DNA of 63,999 nucleotides, filler included, from Lenisia limosa (taxonomy: Eukaryota; Protista; Breviatea): assembly GCA_001655205.1 (NCBI GenBank). It is 15 parts of 15 records of this genome, joined end to end, with 100 filler letters (N's around TTAATTAATTAA, not from the genome) between each part and the next. Parts side by side here need not be neighbours in the genome. Positions count along the whole stretch, not along the records: positions 1 to 13,658 come from LPNZ01005317.1; 14 more parts are not named here. One strand, 5' to 3'. The notes beneath the pieces are model-generated. The model had not been told where the DNA came from and ran no database searches. It saw only the letters and a program-made list of their open reading frames with translations. The translations under genes and the position numbers were made by a program. Positions 1 to 13,714 of the stretch are shown here, piece by piece. The first letter of the stretch is position 1. Every line of letters starts with the position of its first letter.

Positions 1-2759
1 TCCGGGGGTCCGTAGAAAAACTGTGATAACTTTTACTTAAGGATTTCGGGAAATTTTCCGAATACAAGCTTTCAAAGAGGCGCTGTTTCAGGAAAATTCA
101 GTGAAAGAGGAAAACAGGAGGCAGTTTAACCCGGTACGGCGTGATGTCTAATGATACCCGGTCTTTGAACCAAAACAAAATTAGTGGGATCCCTGGTGAT
201 CAAAAAATGTAGGGCGAAAAATGTGTTGTTTTTTGTGCATCTGCGTCAGTGTGTATGATCGACGGTGTTGTGGTTTGTTGTTTTGTTATAGGAGTGTTAT
301 AGTATATTGATAGTGTAGAGGTGAGCGTGAGTGTAGTTCTCGTGGTTCTGGTGGTTGCAATATCCCGCAATACGATTTCACTTTCCCCTTTCATACCTTT
401 CCCCTTGGTGGATAGAGAGCTGACACGCGACCCCCCTCATGGTAACCCAGTTCCAGTAATAATACCACCAAAAGTGAGATAAAAATTCAAGATGACAATT
501 GATGCTTCATCCATTGTCCGGTTCCAAGAAACGGCAACTGTATCCTCCGATGGAAGCCCATTTATTGGATCTGAAAGTCCTCCAGTCTCGTATGCTTTCT
601 TCACTTTATTGCGCTAACCCTTCCCTTTAGCTCGCCTTCTCCAAGTATCAGCAACCCCGAAGACAAGATTGATGTGCTCAAACGTTCAGTTGAAGAAGGT
701 ATGACTTATACGTATGCGATCTATCGAATTTCAAATTATCAGGGTTGCTTTACAGCACTAATACTCAGCTCTTTCTCTTGATCTGGAATTGACGTTGTGT
801 GAGCGAGCTATTGTGAGTAAGGGTTGAAAGTCATGCGCACTCTCCTAAATTCTGTAATTTCTTTTCTTCAAACTCATTCTGAGGAGCGTATTATTGTATA
901 ACACTTTTTAATACCTTTTTCTTACTGTAGATCGCACATGAGATTGTCAGTCATGCCGGATTGATCTTCATGAGGGATTCCAAGTGCCATTATGTTCATG
1001 CGTCTTATTTGAGAAGGTGAGCCAAAAGCCACTGCTCTTTTGATATCCTAGGGTTGGTATTGTGGTAGGATACCCAAATCGGTGCAAGTATGTTTCTGAG
1101 ATCACTCGGAGGGTATTAGGTGAGGACTTGCACCATGGTGAGCAACTTTGATTACAGTTTAGCAATGTATGATGAGGACTTTCAGCACGACGTTTGGATC
1201 GACCTTTGTCGTCAGGTGGGGAGGATTCATAACCACATTGTAATCACTAGGTAATTACAGTTCTATTCCATATTGTATCACACTGAATTGTATTCCTTCT
1301 TCGTACTCAGAGTTCTTCTTTGAGAAGTAACCAAATGAGCACACTGCTGTGTATTCTGTTCTATTTTCTGTGCTTTATTGATCATCTCATATGTAGTATG
1401 CAGCTGGTGGAACGCTTCCGAAAGGCTTTAAGAAGAAGGCTATTTTCTGTGCCCTTGTCCAGCAGGTTTGCAGGCGTCAGAATTTAGTATTTATGGTATA
1501 AAATAGTTGTTCAAAATTCATCTGCATGCTGTAGTATGTAGACATAACGTTGTACAGGTTGCGGCTGAAAACAGGGAAATACCGATAGCCCTTGCACAGC
1601 CCGATTGCAAACATCTCATTGGTTTGCTTATCTTTGTCAGAACTCTCTAGTTTCCTTTTTTTGTTTACCAAGCAGATGCCACTCTAAATAGGGGGCTTTT
1701 TACCTCGGGGAGGTCCCGGCAGTTGCCTCACTCCACCATTGCTGTTTCATCAAGCTTGGAAGGGGTGAGTCTCTTTAATAAGCATAGGGGATGGTACTTT
1801 GGTTTTCATCTTTTGCAACTTGTCATGTTTCTGTTTGCCTTTATCCACAATCTTACGAACCAGTCAATTAGAGCAGTAACGAAGTTGCCTCCACCAAAAG
1901 AAGATAGATCAAAAAAGACAAGGCATGACTCGTGGGTCATATTGTCCTACTTATTCTTTTAGTGATTCCAAGTTTAAAAATAGAGTCCTTTCAAAACACG
2001 TTTCAGACCTTTTTACTCCCAAAACTGCTGGGTATTCATCAGGATATGATAAGTTATAGGTAAGATGAAGTGAATAACTTTCTCTCTAATTGTTTAGTTT
2101 TGTGATTTTTTTTTGGATAGTTTTGCGTATTTTTGACAGTTATGTGATATTTAATGTTATGTATTTAATTTAGCTTCATAACCACAAAAACCAAAGTAGT
2201 AACACGATTGGTAGTGTCAAGTGACGTGTCACAATTGGTAACCAATGTATCATGAATCCGAGAAAAAGAAGACACTGGATGAATGTTGTTAACAGAGAAA
2301 ATCGGAACTTGTGGATCAAAGTCCGTCTGCGTTGTCTCGGCGTATCAGCGTTGTCTCGCTCGATCGTACAACTCCTATCATAATTGCTGCGCACTAAACC
2401 CTGACAGCATTCCGCCGCTCCCTATTTTCGCCACTGCTTTTGTCAATTTCTCATTTTATTTTAGAACTGCCAATGGGAAAATGAGAAAATTAAAACTTTT
2501 ATTTGTATGAAATTGCGAAATAGCACTGAAATTGTGAACCAAGGATATACCGTGTGAGGTGGCACTGAGATGGAGCCAAATCTCGGACGGCGGGGATCAA
2601 ATCCTGCCTAATATGGAAAGTCAAAAGTCCTTTCTGTCGAAGTATCTTGCTGGCTCTTGTTTGCTTTATCCTGTTGTAGATTAGCTGATAGTGAAATAAA
2701 CCCATTAAAATAGCCAAAAGATGTCAGCACTTCACCACCCCGTAGCCTATAAGCAGCAT

Positions 2760-4110
2760 GTTGAACATCCTGTCAAAACCACAAATGTTCGGTGCTACTC
2801 AATTCACTTTTCACCTTGCTGGTCATACATGAATTTAGAAATTAGGAAGAGACTAATCAATCTTTAGAATACACAGACAAATGAAGCTATCGCAAGGAGC
2901 TTTATTAAACTCCTCCATGCAGAACTCTCGGACATTACATTGCATGCGTTCAGACAACTGTGCAATGAAGGTGTGGATTGGGTAATCAACTGCTTTTTAC
3001 ATGAATAACATATGGCAAAGTCGAGATATATTTAAAACTCTCATCACATTACTAAACTGACGTATACAAATAGCTTTATCACATTGTAGATGTGATGGTA
3101 GAGTTCCACACCCAACAATGGAACCTTGACCAAACCATGATGCATTTCGCTTACTGGGCTGAGGTATAGAATAATTAACTTGGTGAACTCTTCTAATGAC
3201 CAGCAAGCAGAAACCCTCAATGTCACCGTAAATCAGATTATCTCAGGACCAGGTAAACATGCTTGCTGTGGTGATATTTGCTGTTTCCCCTGTGTTTGGT
3301 TGCTATTTATATTTCAGATTCCGTTTCAATTGTGGATACAGCAAAGTACCGCACGCGTGAAGGTGTCCGGGTAGCAAAAGATGATCTGGGATGGGAACTT
3401 TAATTTGGAATAACAATTTGATGATTTCTTGACACTCATTTATTCAGGCTTTTGTCACCATGGCATGCCAGCTGGGTTGAGGGAATGTATAATCCGCACG
3501 ATTTCGTTTTTCACATTTAGGAACGGAAAAATCGCCACTGTTGGTATTCGGGGGAGGGGGTCAGTCACAATCAGTTTCGGCATATGATTTACATGCGACT
3601 GACATCTAGTATCACGGCATGACAATTTGGTGAACGCTCTTGGTCTAGAGGGTGATATTCTTACCCATGAAAGCCTTCCTCAAAGCCGCTCCAACGCTGA
3701 CGTCAACATTGCTGGAAAGTGAGGATTGCTTCGTCTCTCTCCACCTTCACACCCCAGGATTGCAGCCATGTTCCCGGACCTGTCATCCCTGGATATTGAG
3801 GCTCCAATTAAACTTGGTCCTCGTCTCGATNNNNNNNNNNNNNNNNNNNNNNNNNNNNNNNNNNNNNNNNNNNNNNNNNNNNNNNNNNNNNNNNNNNNNN
3901 NNNNNNNNNNNNNNNNNNNNNNNNNCGAGAAATTTGGGTATACCGAAATAAATCCTATTGGAGTTTATTGATCTAGGCACATCCATATCCTACATGGCCG
4001 AGGCAGCACAAACCATTGGTCTAATGTAGCTTTATAAATAGACTGAAAATGACTACGCCAAACGCCTTGTGAATTCTGAGAGCTTTCTCTTGGCCCATAA
4101 TAGTATGTAA
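2760..4110 (+). CDS. Spliced gene of unknown function with many short GT-AG introns
   Basis: Chain of short exons bounded by ag|...|gt, e.g. NTQTNEAIARSFIKLLHAELSDITLHAFRQLCNE, WNLDQTMMHFAYWAE, AETLNVTVNQIISGP, SRHDNLVNALGLEGDILTHESLPQSRSNADVNIAG. No family recognised; boundaries are approximate. Confidence 0.4.
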
Positions 4111-4858
4111 GAAGTTTTTGTCTTGAGTCTATTTAGTATATATATATCATATATTTATAAATGAGAAATATCGCTATGTGGATATCATATGATATCATAT
4201 GTACATGTAGATTTCGAAAAAAATTCATATACAACCTTACAAACAACACGACTGTGATCAGACAATTGACAAGCAGTTATTACGCCAGTGCAAGGTTTCG
4301 ACACATAATAAATAGGGAGAGGGGGNNNNNNNNNNNNNNNNNNNNNNNNNNNNNNNNNNNNNNNNNNNNNNNNNNNNNNNNNNNNNNNNNNNNNNNNNNN
4401 NNNNNNNNNNNNNNNNNNNNNNNNNNNNNNNNNNNNNNNNNNNNNNNNNNNNNNNNNNNNNNNNNNNNNNNNNNNNNNNNNNNNNNNNNNNNNNNNNNNN
4501 NNNNNNNNNNNNNNNNNNNNNNNNNNNNNNNNNNNNNNNNCAGTCTTTGGACACCACATCTTCGCCGCGTTCGATGTTTTTCACGGCCCGAAAAGACTCG
4601 TCGGAATTGCGCTCGAAGGCAAGAGGGGCGCCACGGGTCTGGTCAACACTTGGCCGCGAGAGGTAACTAAAGCCATAAGCGGAGGAAGTGGCTGGAACGG
4701 AGGGGGAAAGAACTTTCAGAAGATGTGGAGGGTCCTTGAATTACACACCCCTCTCGCAAACTGGGGGAAGGAGTCGGAGGAAATGCCACGTAAATGACGG
4801 GTATCCCGAGGAGCCTTGGCCACTGATGTTGTTACAGAGAAAGCAGTGAACTATTAGG

Positions 4859-7587
4859 CTACATGACCATATCTCGCCTACTTATGAACGGAGAAGAAGG
4901 TTCGCGGCTTATGGCCTCAAAACTGGCAAAAGGATCATCATCGTTGTCTCCGTCAGTGTCCACTTGTTCGCATCCGAGGTCGTTCCTACCGAGTCAGCTA
5001 CTAAGACTCTGAATTACCCATGAATAGACTAATTTAAAGGGGATTTTGTCGAACCAAATATTCAAAATTTACACATCATGCTAGTCAGGAATAATCACAC
5101 TACCATCTAAGGAAAGTAGTATCTCTGCACCGCCAGGATAAGCTCACCAAATGGATTGGTCATCCTCCTGCAGGGGGCGCGGGTCGTCTTCAACATCGGG
5201 CCGTATCGGCGGTTGTTCGTTACGTATCACTGCAGTGGTTACTGNNNNNNNNNNNNNNNNNNNNNNNNNNNNNNNNNNNNNNNNNNNNNNNNNNNNNNNN
5301 NNNNNNNNNNNNNNNNNNNNNNNNNNNNNNNNNNNNNNNNNNNNNNNCCAATTTAGTTAACAGGAACAGTATACTGAGCAACAGAGAAGGTACAATAATA
5401 TTTCCATTCAGCTGCAAAGAATAAAGAAGAAGAGAGAGGAACAACGGGGATTCTAGTGAAATAAGGTCAAGCAGAGTGCCCAAAAGAAGAAGTTCAGCAC
5501 AGACCCCCCTCTTACAAGCCCAGTTGACATGATTTCGGAAGAATGGGTGGTTTTTGATGTCTGCAGCACCATTTTTGCTACCGAGACGCTGGGGGAGTCA
5601 AAATCGGGTGAATGTCTTGCTCCAAAAATTGACATTGCTGAAGCCCTCATTCTCTGAAGTACAAAAACAGTAGATAGCCAGTCACCTTTTCAGGGTCTAA
5701 GGTTAAGAGCTTCTTAATGAGGTTCTTTGCGTTACTTGAAACTGGGTACTACATAGTGATTCCATCATATACTTCTTATTTGATTTCAGTCATTTCCATA
5801 GCAGGGAGGGGGTAGAGGGGGGGGGGGGGNNNNNNNNNNNNNNNNNNNNNNNNNNNNNNNNNNNNNNNNNNNNNNNNNNNNNNNNNNNNNNNNNNNNNNN
5901 NNNNNNNNNNNNNNNNNNNNNTTCATACAGAGTAGCTCAGAAAAAAAAAGTATAATATCATTTTATTTGCATACCACGTGATTATCCGGAAACTGCAAGT
6001 CTCCAGCGAGAATACGACTGAAGGTGTCCTCTTGTCCCGTACCGCAAAAAGGCGTGAAACCATACAGCATTTCATATAGGAGTATACCATAGGTCCACCT
6101 ATTATAATTAATTGCTGTGTAGACTGCCTAAACACATAGTAGACAGAAAGTTGATTCGAATTAATATGATAGATCCGCTCACCAGTCCACAGTCGCGGTG
6201 TGACCGTAGCCTTGAATAACTTCTGGACACAAATACTCCTCCGTGCCAACAAAGCTATTGGTCCGCAACAGGGGCTTCGCTGTCACCTCCACGCGTGATG
6301 GCTGAGCAATCAAAACTAATTAGCCATTCCCAAGTAGTTTTTATTTAACAACAGAGAGGTTTAATGAGGGGGGGGGGTAATAGGGATAAAATACTATCGA
6401 AAAAAATAAACAGCCATACAAACCCCAGAAATAACATAAATATCTAGAAATTGGGGGAGAGAAGGATGAAGAAGATAATCCTACAACTTTGTATTCCTTA
6501 AACAGTTGCCTTGCCACAGTGATACTCTCGAGTCGAGTTGCAGCCTGTTTTGAGANNNNNNNNNNNNNNNNNNNNNNNNNNNNNNNNNNNNNNNNNNNNN
6601 NNNNNNNNNNNNNNNNNNNNNNNNNNNNNNNNNNNNNNNNNNNCAAGGTAAATTTACCTTCCCCCCCTCACCTCTGTACACGAAGCCAAGCATGTGAAGA
6701 TACTCAAGGGCCAAGAGAACTTCAGCAGCATAAAAGCGAGCATCAGCTTCTAAACCATATTAGCTTATAGCCTACTTTCGCTGAATAAAGCAATGTCAGA
6801 ATATTGATAAATTACGAAAATTTCGATTTTAACCTGCTTTAAGAAGCCCTATTCACAACCTCTTGAGGTACTCCAATCGTGTTGCGTAATAAGATATTTA
6901 AATATCCCTCAAGAAAAAGACGTGTGTACCCGATTTATAGTACTGTTAATTGACAATTTGTTCACCTTTGAGGCACTTGCTTGGTTGCTTCTGGAGTACT
7001 CTAAAGAACACCCCCCCTGCACAGTACTCCATTGCAAAGAAAACTACAAGGTGAACGCAAAATTCAATTCATCAATATAATATTATATCTGATATCATAT
7101 TATATACTATATGGCCTTGAAAATCAACCAGTATTTTTCATAGTCAACAAGCCCACTCCAATCCTGAGTTTGGAAGGAATGCAGTAGCGTCACAATAAAA
7201 GGGTGGTTTGAGGACGCCAGGATCTCACGTTCCGTCAAAACACGTTTCACCTGTCATGTTACAGAAAAATGGACGGGACTACCCTCAAGTTAAAGACCCA
7301 CCTTTTTCCTTTCTATCATCTCGCTCTTGTTCAAGGCCTTCATGGCAAATAGTTGGTCGGTTCCCTTTAACCGCGTGAGGTAGACTCGGCCTACGTCACC
7401 CTTTCCTATTAAAGAAAGCACTTCGAAATCTGAAAGTTGAACCTAGAGGGAGGGGGGGGGGGTTAACATTGTCATAATGCCACAAAAGAAGGTATAATCC
7501 ACCAAGAACCCCTACAACTAGAAACATACCTGGCAACTTCCCGAGTAGAGGGGACTGAAATTCATAAAACGAACACTTCGATCCTGA
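4859..7587 (-). CDS. AGC Ser/Thr protein kinase, AGCVIII/phototropin-like or Fpk1/Kin82-like catalytic domain (spliced, N-terminus undefined)
   Basis: Exons in order: [214 protein letters not shown] and SFVGTEEY are typical of this subfamily. Confidence 0.9.
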
Positions 7588-10500
7588 NNNNNNNNNNNNN
7601 NNNNNNNNNNNNNNNNNNNNNNNNNNNNNNNNNNNNNNNNNNTGGTCAGTGTGGCGGTAACATATTCAAGGTAGAAAAGTTCTTGTTTATATATTATTGT
7701 ACATATAAAAAATATTGAGTTCCCTTCAAATAAAAAATTTGACAATAATGTAATAAAATCCTTACCAGCTCAATGTCTCGCGACCCTTCATCATCAGTAA
7801 TGTCTACAAGGTTATAAAATGGCTACACGCATCAAAAGACTAAGTCCGTTTATCTTTCAATTCCAAGTGAATTCCTACCATGTACAGACTCCCTCTTCCT
7901 AAACGGTTTGAACATCGTTGAGAAAGTCGCAGCTATAGACCTGGTGTATTAGGGTGACGAGGAGAAAAACTATTGATCTGCTGTTAACAATACCGAGTTT
8001 GTGTATATCATTATGATATAATATGATATGTATAATATAGTACGTTATATATCAAATTTGATCTTTCAAGCCTCCCCACTCTGGAATAGTACGATGCGGT
8101 GCACTGGGGTGGACAGGAGTGGACATTGTACGGCTATGTCCTAAAGCTTGTCAAATACCAGTATGGAAAGACTAAGTGAAACAAAAGAGAAGGTAAATGC
8201 AATATATAGCGCACCTGGTCGGAATCGATGCGTTTGACTCTGTGCCATGGATAAGGTTCCTCGGGGGACGCTTTCATCAGTTTTCTAAACACGTTATACT
8301 AAGGATCCGCTTGTTCACTGAGAAGATAACTTCTACAAAAATATAGAACATTAAAGCGTATGAAGGAGAAAGGGGTGATGCACTAACACTTATAGAGCTC
8401 ATCCCTAGCCTTACATTCATCATGCCTATGGAGAACGTCTGCTGCCTCTCCCTCATTGGCAGAGGGGCAATGCTACTCGCGTTCCAAGATGACGACCTAA
8501 TGGGGAGTTGAACGACCGCCAATATAGTGACCAAATTGGGCAATGTAAAACACTTGAGAGGGGTGGGGGCTCTCTGCCAACCTTCTATGCCCTTTGATGC
8601 GTTGTTTGGATGTGTCGAACGGTGCAATGTCTGTTGGAGCGGCGGGGGCGGGCCTGCAGGTTAATCACATACATGTTCCAAAAATCGAAAATTAACGAGA
8701 AGAAATACATTATTTCGTCTTGAGTCATTCAGGTTCCGAGAGAAAGCCCCAGTGTAAGCTAGTTTTTTTTGTTTCTCTCAAAGAAGGGAAGAATTCTACA
8801 TACCGTCTTCGTCTGGATGGGGACTCCGCCACTAAAGGACTATGGTCTTCTGAGGCCTGACCAAGCTTGCTGAGTTCCGGTTTTGGTGATGGGTCAAGGT
8901 TCGGCTGCGAATTACCCCGTTGCATTTGCGGACTGAGGTGTGAGAACGGTGGGCGGGTCTTATTATTAAATATTTCCTCTCAATATCATATGTATACTAT
9001 ATTTATCAATCGTATATAATCATATATGTATACAGTTAGTCACTTTAGTCCCCTATTTTGGAGTATTGAAAGGCAAGCTATATTAATACCACATTCAATC
9101 AACACTCCCCTCCCCCCAACGATTGGGCCACTGCTGGCGGCTCAGTAATGGCATCTGGGCCTTTCTCAACTTCTATTGAAAACTGCGACGAGCCTCCTCT
9201 GCCATGTGTCATATAAGCTCATAATACAAGGTGAAATGTGTTGGCTTTGTTCTTGGAACGAGAAGGTTCCCTATCCCTCATACAAAGGATATCAACAGTT
9301 ATGCAATGTGTTATTGCACTTTTGTAGTTACACTATGGGTGAAATAACTAAATTAACAACAGAGAGAAAATTAAGAAGTTTTTTCGGCTGCTTGGCGAGA
9401 AGCGGACGAATTAGGGTTAATTACCCGCGGAAAAAGAAGACGTGAGGAAAGAACCACCTTCACCCAACGCTATCCCCAGCCAAACCGTATTGTTCTAAAG
9501 GTTGGTGACAAGGGCTGGGGGTCTGGATCATGACTAGTGGACAAACTCTGCGTATCTTGAGGAGAGCATTCATGGCTGAGAGATGGTAAGGTCTTGTACT
9601 TTTCCAAGGTGGAATAAGGAAACCCACTCAAAGTGTTGTCAATCATTCACTGTAATATGCAAATTATGAATGATTTTTGCGACTTACAAAGAAGAAGAGC
9701 CTGGAGGAGTGTCGACTAACGCCTCCAAATCATTGTCGGCTTCGTCATTCGACATCAAGCTGCTCATTTATTCATTTACTAATTTATTAATAATTTCTAT
9801 TTGTGTATATTTGATTTATCCATGAGAAGTTAAAGTAATTTCGTGAGCAAAAATTTCTTTGGGGCGGGTGAAAAAACGTGAATTGATAACATGTTTTGTT
9901 TGACTGAAATTTCATCGTTATACGCATAGTTGAGTAATAAAGGTTTTGTAAACTTGTATAATGGCGGCTACTTTCACATGGACTCCTATTGAGCTTGGAA
10001 ATGAAGCTAAAAGGTATGAGATGCATTCACTAAATTAATTTTGCAGGTCACATCCGGCAGAATCTAATTCTAGTTTCAAAAAACAAAGGAAGCTTTCAAA
10101 CAATGCAGAAAGCCAGGAACAAAACGAAGTTACCAGTGAATACGTTGACAATCAAGATTCACAAAATTCAAAAAGAGCCCCTGACTCTAGTATCGAAGCC
10201 ATAAAGCCACAGAAGAAAAAATCTAAGTCGACTACTAACCCAGAGCAGCTTCAGAAGGATGCAGAGGTGGGATTGAGTAAAAGTGGTTGGCCCCTTTAAA
10301 ATTTATGAAGAGTAATATTATTTTCGGTTAGTCCTTCAAGATTGAATCCTTCCCTTTCTTGCTTTCATATGGGCGTTTAAAAGACTTTGACATCAACCAA
10401 GATATACGCGAGGGAGTATCGAGAATTCCGAGAAGTACTTGATCATTTGAAAAATGTTGCCTCCAGTGATATTAAAAGCCATCTTGCAGATCTTATGCGT

Positions 10501-10869
10501 TAGTAGGGATGACTTGTTTTGTTGACAGTTATGTACCTTTTGTTCTTCTTTTGAAACATTGTATTCACAACTGCAGTCAGAGCGGAACAGTCCCAGGCAG
10601 AAATGATGCTGATGGTTCCAGTCCAACTCCAGAGAAGGGTTGACATGACAAGAGCTATTATTAATGAAGCCAAAAACGTTCTCTAGTTAAATGGATGTAG
10701 AATATATGTATCAGATCCCTCTTTCATTTCTCATTTTCTACAGCAACCTTAGTCATTTCAATCATTTGTCGAATAAACCATAAATATAAACTAATAACAG
10801 AAAGAAGAAATCTAGCAAAAAATACACAGCCAAAAAAAACCTACAATGGAAAAAGAAACCCATAATATT

Positions 10870-13090
10870 ACAAAGCATCTACCTCAGCCCTCAAGGCCTT
10901 GAATTCGGTCTGCGCATCCTGAATTCGATAAACCACTGGTTTTCTACATTTAAAGGAGGGTGCCAATCCAGAAAATTATCACGGATTTCCCAACAAAGGG
11001 GTTTCGGTAACGTCATTTTTTAACTACATTTTACTAGAATTTAACGAAGATTTTGGTCAGTACGATAATCACAACATTTGCTCTCTTCCGCTCGGTTTTG
11101 GCTCTATTTATGGTTTATTCAAGCCAGTTTCTGGGTTGGCACCCTGCTTAATAGAGAAATATCTTACTAAGCTGCTTGACTACCTGGGAGGCTAACCAAC
11201 CTTAAGACAAGACTTAGCATTTTCAACTTCCTCAGCGGTACCACTGACCTTCACCGACTTAAAGGCTAAAAGCAGGTCTATAATAAATGAGATGACGCTA
11301 CTTGGTAAGATCGGCTTGATGACTTAAAGAAGAGAAGCAAACCTTGAACTTCGATTCGTTTGCGCTCCATAGTAGCGCGTAAGTCATCTGCACTGTTGAC
11401 ATCCGGAATTTCATTGGCTTGAGAATCACTACAGGGTAAGAACACGTTGTAAGACAAACTCCTCGAAATAACAAAATATCAAACTTTTACGCAAGAGGCG
11501 GGGAAGAGGGAGGGAGTACCAATGGAAATTTTAGGGAAAAGTTGGCCTGTTGACTCAGCATTTGGGAGACACACAAGGGTTAACAACAACAAACAAACAA
11601 AGCCCAGGCAAGTCGCTAATCAGAGAAATTTCAATTAAGAATATTAAAGGTCACGCACCAAATAATCTGGAACGCTAAACAAACAAAAAACAAGCAACAA
11701 GCATGAGAAACACTCATTAAAACTTGACAAAAACTAGATGACACAAGGTGAAAGAAAACATATTAACAAATATGAAATGAAAGCAAAAAGAGAATAAAAT
11801 CCACTTCAACAAAACAAGACACATTCATTACCTTGATTCGTCGTTAACAGAGTCCAACCTGGAATTGTCCTCAATATCCGAGCCAAAACCAGAACCAATG
11901 GAGATATCACCATCATTCTCAAATCCTTCATCCTCTTCAAAATATTCCTCCTTTTCTTCTTCTTCGACCTCTTTCGCACCCATCTTCTCAAGATATTCAT
12001 CCTTCATTATTTCTCCTGTTTCATCTTCCTTCCCATCTTGCGTTTCTTCCACTGATTCATGATCGTAAACTTCCTCTCTTTCTCCATCCATTTTCTCTTC
12101 CATTTCTTTTTTCTCTCCTTCCATCTCTTCTTCATTTTCTCTCCTCATTTCTTCTTCTTCCATTTTTTCTTCATTCTCTTTTCCTTTTTCTTCTTCTTTT
12201 TCTTCCTTATCTTTTTCCTTATCACCCTCTACTGTGCAGGCAATATTATCATCTCTGTTTTTATCAAGGTTAGTATTATCAACCTCTGACGATTCATTAG
12301 CCACATCAGATCCAAGAATTCCGTTTTCTTCCTCAACTTTATCTTTTCGTGGTGTCTCCAAATCACTCAGATCGTCAATAGTCTTGTTTGCTTCTTGAGC
12401 ATCATTTTCAATGTCCAAGTCACTGAAGCTGATATCGCCTCTTGCGAGGTCTGCCTTTGCCTGGGTAATTTCCTCGGCCGTGAGGCCTTCTGCGTCCGAT
12501 AACGACCCCAGTGACACGTCATCATCATCCTTCAAGACATCTTGTTCGTGAAAAAAAAATAAAAAAAAAATATTAAAAAAAAGAGACAATAACCCCAGAA
12601 AGCGTTTACCATTTTCCCTAGTAACAGGAACTTCAGGTTTTTCTTCATCCGGAGCAACGGTAATAGGCGACTGCAATTCAGGGGTTTTCCTTGGGGACTC
12701 AACCGTAGTAGACAAAGTGGTGGGTTCTACTGTGATTAGCATGCAGCACTGATATTGGATGATAAAATAATCAGCCTCTGGACGTGGTATTCTTACCTGG
12801 TGGAGACTTTGGGTTATCGGATAGTTGAGAGGGGGGTGACTTGGGTGGAGGTGAAGGTTGAGGAGACGGCTTCGTTTTCTTGGAGGTGAGTGAACTGGGA
12901 CTTTTAGACTTGATAGGATTGTACTAGATTTCAACAGTCCTCAAACAGAAATAGCAGCAGTTGGGCGATTACTGGCTTGGGTGACTTTTCTTGTCGAACC
13001 TGGAGTTGTGACGGAAAGTTTTACAAAAGGGAAATAACTAATGAGATAGATACCTACCTGGCTGGTGCGAAGACGGGGTATGTGTTTTGC
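10870..13090 (-). CDS. Spliced gene with a long Glu/Asp-rich low-complexity exon (about 11828-12548); function unknown
   Basis: About 240 acidic codons in frame, followed by further exons (DSQANEIPDVNSADDLRATMERKRIEVQ; FKSVKVSGTAEEVENAKSCLK). The listed 368-aa ORF reads through introns, e.g. the T-rich intron near 12549-12610. Confidence 0.45.
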
Positions 13091-13702
13091 CTGCAGGTGC
13101 CAAAGCAGGCTTATGGAGAGGAGAACGAGTGGGATTTGATCGACTTCTGAAATATCAGGATTTTACCCATTCGTTACACTCTTATCAATAAAAAAGGAAG
13201 TACGGCCAAGGTAGAGACAATATAAAAAACAGAGCTCACTTTGAGATATTATCTGGTTGAACTCTATGAGGCGAAGCAGTCGTGCGCCCCCCTTGGAAAT
13301 AAATGCACTATTGCCAAAGAGAGAGAAGGAAACTACCCTATATAGACATGTCAACCCCCAGGATAGAAATGTTAACCCCAAGGCTTACTGCGGTTGCCAT
13401 AACTGGGGCTCAAAGAAGACCTCCCCCGGGGCGAATAGCCTGGTGCTTTAAGGATAAGATATTATTAGAGCTTTTCAAATTGAAATGAAAACACTCACAG
13501 TTTGAAGAAGTTGGAGATGGTATTGAACCACCGCGACCGTGCCTTGGCTTTGGTTTTGCTGGAGCAACCATTCCACCCCTTCGATGCCGTGATACTGGAC
13601 CTAAAAGGATAACCTCGGTTTTGTTTCAATTTCCAGCACCTGCCCCAACACTACTAGGNNNNNNNNNNNNNNNNNNNNNNNNNNNNNNNNNNNNNNNNNN
13701 NN

Positions 13703-13714
13703 TTAATTAATTAA
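13703..13714. other. Artificial scaffold-joining spacer TTAATTAATTAA between two 44-N runs (first of 14)
   Basis: The same 12-mer, which has stops in all six frames, is embedded in N runs at 13703, 22748, 26747, 40476, 42141, 44433, 46023, 49034, 51712, 53941, 55539, 56956, 61331 and 62833. I counted 44 N on each side of the first copy. Sequences on either side of a spacer are unrelated. Confidence 0.97.

Noticed and set aside
11828-12934. 368-aa ORF as a single-exon gene
   Set aside because: It reads through at least one clear T-rich GT-AG intron; only the acidic part is convincingly exonic.
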